A stretch of 64,000 nucleotides of DNA from an uncultured bacterium (GTDB lineage: Bacteria > Chloroflexota > UBA5177 > JANWHV01). The DNA lies in NCBI GenBank assembly GCA_963827235.1, contig CAWHAE010000020.1, positions 64,001 to 128,000 of the forward strand, read 5' to 3'. Within the stretch, counting starts at the first letter, position 1. Each line of letters starts with the position of its first letter. The position numbers were made by a program, and so were the translations under genes. Positions 1-7,820 of the stretch are shown here, in pieces. The notes below the pieces were generated by a model. The model made no database searches, was not told the origin of the DNA, and saw only the letters and a program-made list of their open reading frames with translations.

Positions 1-43
1 CGAAGATCACGGCACCGTACGCCTGAGACACCGGCTCGTTCAT
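1..43 (-). CDS. 5' fragment of a HAD-family hydrolase, probably beta-phosphoglucomutase (runs off window)
   Basis: ATG at 43 with GGAGG RBS, 3 nt after the GH65 stop; translates MNEPVSQAYGAVIF, matching the start of HAD motif I (AVIFD). beta-PGM commonly follows GH65 phosphorylases. Confidence 0.6.
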   Translation of the reverse strand, partial: MNEPVSQAYGAVIF

Positions 44-46
44 CGG

Positions 47-2518
47 CTAAGCCTCCAGTCCTGCGAGCTTGGCGCCGGCGGTCGGCCGGCCCGCGATGCC
101 GTTCCCGCCCTCCTGCACTTCCGGAGTCTCGATGGCCGTTTCTGCCGGTCCGGCCGAGGCGAGGCGCACCGCTCTGTCGCGATGAAGGAAGGCGAACGAG
201 TCTCCCTCGAGCAGCGTGTAGACGACTCGCAGCCGTTCGACGCGGACCTGAAGCAGCGAGCCGCGAAAGCGAATCTTGAACTGGTAGTGGGTCCACCTCT
301 CCGGGAGGTTGGGCGCGAATCGCAATGCGCCGTCCTGCAACCTCATACCGGCAAATCCGTACACCACTCCCATCCATGTGCCTGCCATGGCCGCCGTGTG
401 CACGCCCGTCTCGGTATTGCCATGCGTGTCGTCAAGGTCCAGGCGAGCCGTTTCCATGAAGTACTTGTAGGCCTTCTCATGATAACCGACCTCCGCCGCG
501 ATGATGCCGAAGATACATGCGGAGAGCGACGAATCGTGCGTGGTCACCGCTTCGTAGTAGTCGAAGTCTCGCTTCTTGTCTTCGAGCTCGAACCAGTGTC
601 CGAGCAGCAGGAGTGCGAGGACCACGTCCGCCTGCTTGCAGACCTGGTAGCGATAGATGACTAGAGGATGCACGTGCAGGAGAAGCGGGCTTGCGTCCGG
701 CCAGGCGCTGCTGAAGTCCCACTTCTGTTTGTCGAGGAAGCTGTCGTCCTGAGGGTGGATCTGGAGCGCCTGGTCGTACGGCAGGTAGATGAGGTCGGAG
801 GCGTGGTGCCATTCCGTGGGCTCCTCCGGGCGCAGATGGATGCGATTGGCAAGGATCGCGAATGCCTCGGGCTCCGTCGTGCCCAGCCGGGCGGCCAGAT
901 CTGCCGCGTATCGGAGGTGCATTTTAGCCATGGCATTGGTGTAGTAGTTGTTGTTGACCAGCGCCGAATACTCGTCGGGACCGGTTACCTCGTGGATGCA
1001 GAAAGCGCCGCCACGCCTGGCCACGTAGCAACCGATGTCCATCCAGATGCGCGCGGTCTGCATGACGATCTCGGCACCTTGCGCGGTGATGAACTCTGTG
1101 TCGCCCGTCGCCTCCTCATACAGCTTGATGGAGTAGGCGATGTCGGCGTTGATGTGATACTGCGCGGTTCCGGCCGGGAAATATGCGGAGCACTCTTCGC
1201 CGCCTATTGTCCTCCACGGGTAGAGCGCTCCCAGCGCAGGTTCCGGCTCCGCGTCTGCTACCGGCGTGCAGAACCGCGAGAGCTCACAGGCGCGCGCTCG
1301 CGCTTGATCCAGGCCCTCGTAGCGAAACTGCAGCAAGCAACGGGCGATCTCCGGTCGGGTGAACAGAAAGAACGGAAACACGTAGGTCTCGGAATCCCAG
1401 AAGTAGTGACCCGCGTAACCTTCACCCGTCACGCCTTTGGCCGCGATGTTGGTCTTGCCGTCGCGTCCCACGGACTGCAGAAGATGGAATTGATTGAACC
1501 TGAGCCCTTGCTGCACGGCATCGTCCCCGGCGATCTCGACGTCCGCGCATCGCCAGAAGGCGGCCAGGTACCGCCGCTGCTCCTCACAGAGCGTGGCGAA
1601 CCCGGCGCCACGTCCTGCCTGCAGGGCCGCTCGCGCCTCCGCCAGCACGCGATCTTCGGCGAAATCGCGGGAGGTGCAGTAAGCGCCGAGCTTGGTCAAT
1701 CGCAAGGACTCGCCCGGCTGAAGTTCGACGGTGTAGCGCTGCTCGAGCCGCTGGCGAGCGCGCTCGTGCTCGGTATGCAGGTGGCGGCTGCCGGCGTACT
1801 CGCAGTCCGTGTGCACGGCACTGGCCAGCAGGAAGTCGCTGTGCTGCGTGCGATGGGTGAGCGTCATGACGGCCCCGGCGATCTGAGCGGCGGCCAGCTT
1901 CAGCCTGGGGCCGGCCACGGCGGTGCCGACCCTAGGATCGTCGCCCGTCTCCAGGTTGCTGACCATGCCGTCGAGCACGGATGCAAGGCGCACGACGGCA
2001 GATCCGTCAAGCAGCTGCACCTGGTAGTCGAGGGCGAAGAGGTGCTTGCGTGCGAAGCTGACCAGCCGGCTGCTCGTGATCTGCACGCGCTTGCCGCCGG
2101 GAGACCGCCATGTGACGGAGCGGTGCAGGACCGCTTCCCGGAAGTCCATCCAGCGCTCGTAGCGCTCGATCGTGCCTTGAAGCAGCGTAAAGGGATCGCC
2201 GTCCACGTACAGCCTGACGATCTTCGCGTTGGGCACGTTGAGCATGAACTGGTGGTGGCGAGCGTATCCGTAGGCCGGCTCCGGATACTGGATGTCGTCC
2301 GACTCATAGAACCCGTTGAGATAGGTTCCGTCCAGCGATCGGTAGCCCGGACCCGTGAATCCTTCCTCGTGCGCGCCACGCAGTCCGATATATCCGTTGC
2401 CGAGGGCGAACAGGGTCTCGTTCAGCACGCTGGACTGGGAGTCGAACGCGCTCTCCGTAAGTCGCCAGGGCTCCACGGGGTGCAGGTACCCGCTGCCCCC
2501 CTGCGCATTGCCGTTCAC
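47..2518 (-). CDS. Glycoside hydrolase family 65 alpha-glucoside (trehalose/maltose/kojibiose) phosphorylase
   Basis: Motifs ETLFALGNGYIGLRG, AKGVTGEGYAGHYFWDSE, GPDEY, KQADVVL, HDSSLS; GTG start at 2518 preferred (RBS-like GAAGGTAGGG) over 2566. Confidence 0.92.
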   Translation of the reverse strand: MNGNAQGGSGYLHPVEPWRLTESAFDSQSSVLNETLFALGNGYIGLRGAHEEGFTGPGYRSLDGTYLNGFYESDDIQYPEPAYGYARHHQFMLNVPNAKIVRLYVDGDPFTLLQGTIERYERWMDFREAVLHRSVTWRSPGGKRVQITSSRLVSFARKHLFALDYQVQLLDGSAVVRLASVLDGMVSNLETGDDPRVGTAVAGPRLKLAAAQIAGAVMTLTHRTQHSDFLLASAVHTDCEYAGSRHLHTEHERARQRLEQRYTVELQPGESLRLTKLGAYCTSRDFAEDRVLAEARAALQAGRGAGFATLCEEQRRYLAAFWRCADVEIAGDDAVQQGLRFNQFHLLQSVGRDGKTNIAAKGVTGEGYAGHYFWDSETYVFPFFLFTRPEIARCLLQFRYEGLDQARARACELSRFCTPVADAEPEPALGALYPWRTIGGEECSAYFPAGTAQYHINADIAYSIKLYEEATGDTEFITAQGAEIVMQTARIWMDIGCYVARRGGAFCIHEVTGPDEYSALVNNNYYTNAMAKMHLRYAADLAARLGTTEPEAFAILANRIHLRPEEPTEWHHASDLIYLPYDQALQIHPQDDSFLDKQKWDFSSAWPDASPLLLHVHPLVIYRYQVCKQADVVLALLLLGHWFELEDKKRDFDYYEAVTTHDSSLSACIFGIIAAEVGYHEKAYKYFMETARLDLDDTHGNTETGVHTAAMAGTWMGVVYGFAGMRLQDGALRFAPNLPERWTHYQFKIRFRGSLLQVRVERLRVVYTLLEGDSFAFLHRDRAVRLASAGPAETAIETPEVQEGGNGIAGRPTAGAKLAGLEA

Positions 2519-2576
2519 AGTTGTCCCTACCTTCAAGACGCGGCACGTAGTCGAGCGGCGCGCCAAACGCGATGCG

Positions 2577-3476
2577 CTACCCTTTCACAGCGCCGGCGGT
2601 GAGACCGGCCACGAGACGCCGCTGGAAGATCAGGACGAGGACGATGAGGGGCACAGTCACCACCACGGTGGCCGCCATGATGTCACCCCAGGGGCGGGCG
2701 TACTGGCTGTTGCCCGGCCAGGCGGCAATGGTGACGGGAACGGTATAGTGATCCGACGTCTGCAGGAACGAGACGGCGTACAGGTACTCGTTCCAGGCAT
2801 TGATGAACGCCAGTAACCCGGTGGTCACCAGTCCGGGGGCCGCCAGGGGCAGCATGATGGACCAGAAGGTACGGAACGGCGAGGCGCCGTCGACGTAGGC
2901 CGACTCCTCCAGCTCGCGCGGCATGGTGCGGAAGAAGCTCTGCAGCACCCAGATCGTGAACGGCAGGGTGAAGATCAGGTAGGAGATGATCAGCGACCAC
3001 GAGGTGTTGATCAGGCCGAAGTCGCTGAACAGGGTATACAGGGCGCCAAGGATGGCGATCTGGGGAAAGATGGTCATCGAGAGGATGACATACATCATCA
3101 CCAGGCGGCCGCGGAAGCGCAGACGGCCGAGGGCGTACGCAGCGGAGGAGCCGACGACCAGCGACAGCAGGGTCACCGAGGCGGCGACGATCGCCGAGTT
3201 GATCAGGGCCGGCTTGAGCACGCCGCCCGTCAGGGCGCTATTGAAGTTGTCGAGCGTCGGGTGGCTGGGAAAGTACTGCACGGGCGTGAGGAACAGATCG
3301 GTCTCCGGCGTCAGGGCCGACCGGATCGCCCAGTAGAACGGGAACAGCATGTAGAAGGCGATCACGACGATCACCACGTAGAAGAGGCCCCGCAGCAGGA
3401 GGTTCTGGCGCTGGGCGCCGCGTGCCGGGTGCAGCCGGGCAACGCGGGCAGATCCTGGGATCGTAGTGACGCTCAT
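2577..3476 (-). CDS. Carbohydrate ABC transporter permease (MalG-like)
   Basis: Multiple TM helices, EAA loop ELEESAYVDGAS, AWNEYL, GLTAGAVKG C-terminus. Confidence 0.93.
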   Translation of the reverse strand: MSVTTIPGSARVARLHPARGAQRQNLLLRGLFYVVIVVIAFYMLFPFYWAIRSALTPETDLFLTPVQYFPSHPTLDNFNSALTGGVLKPALINSAIVAASVTLLSLVVGSSAAYALGRLRFRGRLVMMYVILSMTIFPQIAILGALYTLFSDFGLINTSWSLIISYLIFTLPFTIWVLQSFFRTMPRELEESAYVDGASPFRTFWSIMLPLAAPGLVTTGLLAFINAWNEYLYAVSFLQTSDHYTVPVTIAAWPGNSQYARPWGDIMAATVVVTVPLIVLVLIFQRRLVAGLTAGAVKG

Positions 3477-4417
3477 TGCTGCTCCACCTTGAATACCGTC
3501 GTGTAGAGCACGACGAAGACGGCGATGATCAAGAACATCACGACGCTCAGGGCGGAGCCGTAGCCCACTTGATTGCCCGTCACAATCTCATTCTGAATCG
3601 TCGTGGCCATGGTCTGCGTATCGGCGCGGTTGCCGAAGAACACGTTGAAGATATCGAAGACGCGGATCGCGTCCAGGGTGCGGAAGATCAGGGTGACCGC
3701 GATCGCCGGCCGCAGCAGCGGCAGGGTGATGCGCCAGAGCTTCTGCAGCCCCGTGGCGCCATCCACGGCAGCGGCCTCGTAGATGTCGGTGGGGATGACC
3801 TGCAGGCCGGCCAGCAGGAGCAGGGCCACGAACGGCGTGGTCTTCCAGACGTCCACGGCGATGGTCGAGGCCAGCGCCGTGCTCGGGTCTTCCAGCCACG
3901 CCTGTCCTGGTGCCTTGAGGACATGGAGCTTGACCAGGAAGTCGTTCACCACGCCGAAGGTATCGTCGAGCATCCACTTCCACATCTGGGAGGAGACGAC
4001 GGTCGGGATGGCCCAGGGCACCAGCATGGCAGCGCGCATCCCGCCTCGGCCCTTGAAGTGGGAGTTGAGCACCAGGGCGATGCCCAGCCCGATGATGAAC
4101 TCCAGCACCACGGACCACACCGCGAACTTGAGCGTCGTCCCGATCGCGGCGAAGAAGTCGGGGTAGCCGCCGTTGACGTTGTTGGTGACGATGTTGTAGT
4201 AGTTCTCGAACCCCACGAACTTGGTGCCGCTGCCCAGAAACTGCTCGTTCGTGAAGCTGCTGTAGATCGTGCGGACCAACGGGTACAACGCGACAAAGAC
4301 CAACACGGCCAGGGCCGGGACCAGCATCAACCAGGCCAGACGGACTTGCCGCGCTTGCAGGGTGAGCCCGCCTCGCCGCTTGGCCGCACCGGCCGGCAGG
4401 CTGACTTGCTCGTTCAT
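3473..4417 (-). CDS. Carbohydrate ABC transporter permease (MalF-like)
   Basis: FVGFENY, WKTTPFVALLLLAGLQ, IYEAAAVDGA; ATG 4417 with GGAGG RBS; 4-nt overlap with downstream permease. Confidence 0.93.
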   Translation of the reverse strand: MNEQVSLPAGAAKRRGGLTLQARQVRLAWLMLVPALAVLVFVALYPLVRTIYSSFTNEQFLGSGTKFVGFENYYNIVTNNVNGGYPDFFAAIGTTLKFAVWSVVLEFIIGLGIALVLNSHFKGRGGMRAAMLVPWAIPTVVSSQMWKWMLDDTFGVVNDFLVKLHVLKAPGQAWLEDPSTALASTIAVDVWKTTPFVALLLLAGLQVIPTDIYEAAAVDGATGLQKLWRITLPLLRPAIAVTLIFRTLDAIRVFDIFNVFFGNRADTQTMATTIQNEIVTGNQVGYGSALSVVMFLIIAVFVVLYTTVFKVEQQ

Positions 4418-4505
4418 GTCCCCTCCGGGCACTGGCCGGGACTGGAAGCTGCCTTCCAGTCCCGGCGTATCAACGTGGGACGCTAGGTGCCGCGCGCTGG
4501 GTCGC

Positions 4506-5864
4506 CTAGTGTTTGGCCATCAGGGCGTTCAGCTTGCTGTCGATCCCCGGCAGCACGGAGGAGGGATTCGAGCCGTTGAGCACTTGGTTGATGCCCTGAT
4601 AGATGTCTGTCGAGGCCTGCTGGTAGTTGATGCCCAGCAGACCGGCCGGCCGTGCCACGCGCATGACGTTGGCAATGGCGGGCTTCAGATAGGGGTTCGC
4701 GGCGCGCACGGTGGCGTCGTTGGCCACCGAGGCGATGGTCGGCACGTAGCTGGCAAACAGGGCATCGAACTTCTCGACCGCCGGGCTGGTCAGATAGCGC
4801 ACGAACTCCACCGAGGCAGGGATGTTCTTGGAGTACTTGGACACGGCCAACTGCCAGCCACCGACGGTGCCTACCGGCTTGCTGCCCGGCTCGGCGGGGA
4901 GCGTGGTCACGTCAAACTTGCCGGCGACTTTGCTGCCCTTGGCCGCGGATAGGGCGTACGCATAGGGCCAGTTGCGCATGAACGCCGCGTTGCCGGAGTC
5001 GAAGATATTGCGGGCCCCCTCCTCCTCCATGCTGGTGACGCCGCGCGGGCTGATCGTGCCCACCCAGCCCTTCACCAGGGTGAGCATCTTGATGAAGGCT
5101 GGGTTGTTCAGATCCGCCTTGCCATTCACGATGAAGCCGGGCGTGCCGCTGGAGGCCAGCCATTCGAGTGCGTCACAGGTCAGGCCCTCGTAGGAGTCGC
5201 CCTGGAAGACGAAACCGGAAAAGTTCGCGTTGGACTTGCGCTCGCCCGTCGCGATGGTCGTGGCCATCGTGGTGAGCTGGTCCCAGGTGGTGGGTGGCGC
5301 GCTGAAGCCGTACTTCTTGAGCAGGTCGGTGCGATAGTAGAGGATGCCGAAATCGCCGAACCAGGGCATGGCGACCAGGTGCCCGCCCACCGTGTCGTTG
5401 GCGACGATGCCCGGTGCCTGCCGTGCGATCTCGGCACTGCTGAAGTAGGACTTGAGGTCCACCAGGTAGGGAGCAAAGGCGCCCGGCCAGATCACGTCGA
5501 TCACCATCACGTCGAAGGCGCTCGACTTGCCCTGGAAGTTGCGCACCAGCTGGGAGTAGTGGTCGGTGGACGAAGCAGCGCCCTCGACGATGTTGACCCC
5601 GATGCCCGTGTCCTTGGTGAACTCCGCGGCGAGAATGAGGTCGCGGTTATGGTCACTGCCGACCGAGCCGCCCACGTAGGTGATGCTGGTGCCGCCGTAC
5701 TTGGCTTTCAGCGCGGCGGCGTTGGGCACGGCAGGCGCATTGAGTGTCGCGCTATCCGCCACCCTGGCGGCATGGACAGTGGCCGGAAGCGCCGGGGTCA
5801 GTGAGAGCACCGTGGCCGTGGTCAGTAACGCTGACACGAGAAACGTGCTGGACTTCAACGTCAT
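4506..5864 (-). CDS. Sugar ABC transporter substrate-binding protein (trehalose/maltose-binding type)
   Basis: Signal peptide ending VHA-A; DVIWPG, YEGLTCDALEW, FMRNWPYAY, GGWQLAVS typical of trehalose/maltose SBPs; ATG 5864 with AAGGAG RBS. Confidence 0.88.
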   Translation of the reverse strand: MTLKSSTFLVSALLTTATVLSLTPALPATVHAARVADSATLNAPAVPNAAALKAKYGGTSITYVGGSVGSDHNRDLILAAEFTKDTGIGVNIVEGAASSTDHYSQLVRNFQGKSSAFDVMVIDVIWPGAFAPYLVDLKSYFSSAEIARQAPGIVANDTVGGHLVAMPWFGDFGILYYRTDLLKKYGFSAPPTTWDQLTTMATTIATGERKSNANFSGFVFQGDSYEGLTCDALEWLASSGTPGFIVNGKADLNNPAFIKMLTLVKGWVGTISPRGVTSMEEEGARNIFDSGNAAFMRNWPYAYALSAAKGSKVAGKFDVTTLPAEPGSKPVGTVGGWQLAVSKYSKNIPASVEFVRYLTSPAVEKFDALFASYVPTIASVANDATVRAANPYLKPAIANVMRVARPAGLLGINYQQASTDIYQGINQVLNGSNPSSVLPGIDSKLNALMAKH

Positions 5865-6149
5865 CTCCTTCTTCCTCAGTAGCGGACAATGCACTCCTTT
5901 GGCCGAATCACGCTGTGCCTACCTGGCGCCTTTCGGGAGCACTCGAGAAACCCGACATGCGCGCTTCCGCTTCTCACGGATCGGCTCGTGGAATCCGGCC
6001 AGGCGACAGGCTCGTATCCTCCTTCCCTCAGGTATGCACGCCATAGAGCAATGAGACCTGAGCCGGGACTACCGGTGCCTTCGGGTCGGGGGAACGGCGC
6101 CTGCCCGTGCTGTCATAGAACGGAACGTGAAGCCGTCTCTACCGTTGTA

Positions 6150-6161
6150 TACACCGGTGTA
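6150..6161. promoter_or_regulatory. Putative LacI-family operator (perfect palindrome TACACCGGTGTA)
   Basis: 12-bp palindrome with central CG just downstream of a predicted minus-strand promoter of the sugar ABC operon. Confidence 0.55.
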
Positions 6162-6179
6162 AGTCCCAGCGCGTCTGCT

Positions 6180-6208
6180 ATTCTAGCACGCGCGATCGGC
6201 AGACGCAA
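6180..6208 (-). promoter_or_regulatory. Sigma70-type promoter for the sugar ABC/GH65 operon
   Basis: Minus strand TTGCGT (6208-6203), 17-nt spacer, TGn-extended TAGAAT (6185-6180). Confidence 0.55.
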
Positions 6209-6316
6209 GAGTCTGGGCACCAGTCCTCGCTGTCTCCCAATCGACCGCTTTATTTGTGACGCGGCCTGGGGCATAATTCCGGTATGATGCCTTCTTGACG
6301 AGAGGAATGCACGCGC

Positions 6317-6808
6317 ATGCCAGGATCAGCAAAGCCGAAGATTGCAGGCGTGACGATCACGACCGACGGTCTCTGGCGCTGCAATAACTGCTCGCGTGCT
6401 CCTGCTACCACGCCCGTTTGTGCCGGTGCGCATGACGACGGCTTGCCGCGGTGCGGCAAAGCACTGTGCGCCCACTGCGCCGACCGCTGCATTCGCTGCC
6501 GCGCATACCTTTGTCCCGATTGCTTCCAGCGATCGAAGGAGGGCAGTCTCTGCGCCCATTGCCCCCCGCCCCCGGACGGTCGCCTCGCCTACATGGAGCG
6601 CCAGCGGGCACGGTCCGCTAATGCTACGCCCTCTTCTGCCGACGGGCGGGACTGGAAAGCTGATGCCGACCGCGCCTATCAGTCGGCGGCCGACGCCCAG
6701 CATTCGTTCGACGATGCCGTGCGCAAGGCGGACGAGATAGAGCGCCAGCTCGAGGAGATGAAGGCAAGGCTGCGCAAACAGCAGGACGCCAGGCGCGATC
6801 GCCAGTAG
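6317..6808 (+). CDS. Hypothetical protein: Cys-rich Zn-binding (B-box-like) N-terminus plus C-terminal coiled coil
   Basis: 12 Cys including five CxxC pairs; charged helical C-terminus; GAGAGGA RBS upstream. Confidence 0.65.
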   Translation: MPGSAKPKIAGVTITTDGLWRCNNCSRAPATTPVCAGAHDDGLPRCGKALCAHCADRCIRCRAYLCPDCFQRSKEGSLCAHCPPPPDGRLAYMERQRARSANATPSSADGRDWKADADRAYQSAADAQHSFDDAVRKADEIERQLEEMKARLRKQQDARRDRQ

Positions 6809-6866
6809 ACGCAGGTAGGTCTGGCCTCTCTCCGGCTCTAGCGCGTTGCCGTCGGGCAAAGACCCA

Positions 6867-7607
6867 CTAGCGGAGCCTCTCGATTGCCGCCTGTAGCTGC
6901 TCCAGGCTCTTAATGGAGGGCACACCCGCGGGCGGCTCGTCGGCGCGCTCCGGCGGCCGGCGCATCCACACGGCTCGCAGGCCCGAGCTCAGGGCGCCGC
7001 CAATGTCGCAGCACAGATCGTCGCCGACCATCACCGCCTCCTCCGGCTGCACCTCGAGCCGCTCCAGCGCCAACCTGAAGAGTGCCGGGTGCGGCTTCAT
7101 CTGGCCGACCTCGGCAGAGGTGACCGCGCAGCTGAAGAAGCGCGCGATGCCGAAGTACGCCAGGTCGTCCTGAAGGCTGGCACCGCCGTGCATGCGGTTG
7201 GAGATGATGCCCATGCGGAATCCCGCGGCGCTGAGCGCTTCCAGCGCCTCCAGGGCAAACGGCAGCAGCCTGGAAGTTTGCTTCTCCGAGACGTAGAGCG
7301 CGCCGATTATCGCGTCGGCCGTAGCCGAATCGACGGTGACACCAAGCCCTGCCAATCCGCGGCGAACACATAGCTCAATGGGCATCGGCGAGGTGTCGCC
7401 GTCGCAGGCAGCCTGCTCGAGCTCCAGGTAGGTCCGGCGCACGACCGTGGCCAGAGCCTTGGCTGTCACCAGGCCTGCCTTCTCTTTCGGCAGGAGCCGA
7501 AGAGCGGCCGGGGCCACCGTGCCGAGGATCTGCTCCGGCACCAGGCCCGGATGCCATTCCATGAGCGTTCCCCCCAGATCGAAGAGCACGGCCTGCGGTG
7601 CGGGCAT
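6867..7607 (-). CDS. HAD-superfamily hydrolase, subfamily IA
   Basis: AVLFDLGGTL, GIISN, KPHPALF, VMVGDDLCCDIGGA; start ATG 7607 (the longer ORF upstream is antisense to GH94). Confidence 0.88.
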   Translation of the reverse strand: MPAPQAVLFDLGGTLMEWHPGLVPEQILGTVAPAALRLLPKEKAGLVTAKALATVVRRTYLELEQAACDGDTSPMPIELCVRRGLAGLGVTVDSATADAIIGALYVSEKQTSRLLPFALEALEALSAAGFRMGIISNRMHGGASLQDDLAYFGIARFFSCAVTSAEVGQMKPHPALFRLALERLEVQPEEAVMVGDDLCCDIGGALSSGLRAVWMRRPPERADEPPAGVPSIKSLEQLQAAIERLR

Positions 7608-7820
7608 GCAAAGTCCCTCGTTTTCAAGAGTGGCGGCAGATATAACGACTCGCCGGCCAGGGCTCACAACCTCTCCGACCGCCGGCGGCACTGTCATTGT
7701 AGCCGGTCGTGCCCGGCCGCAGCGTTCTCCGCCTGCTACTATCAAGACGTCTATCGACGGCGCCACGCGCTGAGCCGCGGTGGGCGCCCAGGCGGATCTC
7801 AGGCGGGGAGGTCGCGAGAT

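Noticed and set aside
668-2602. Long antisense and alternate-frame ORFs (e.g. 668-2602, 32989-34815, 54549-55838)
   Set aside because: They shadow well-supported genes on the opposite strand and lack motifs; expected in high-GC DNA
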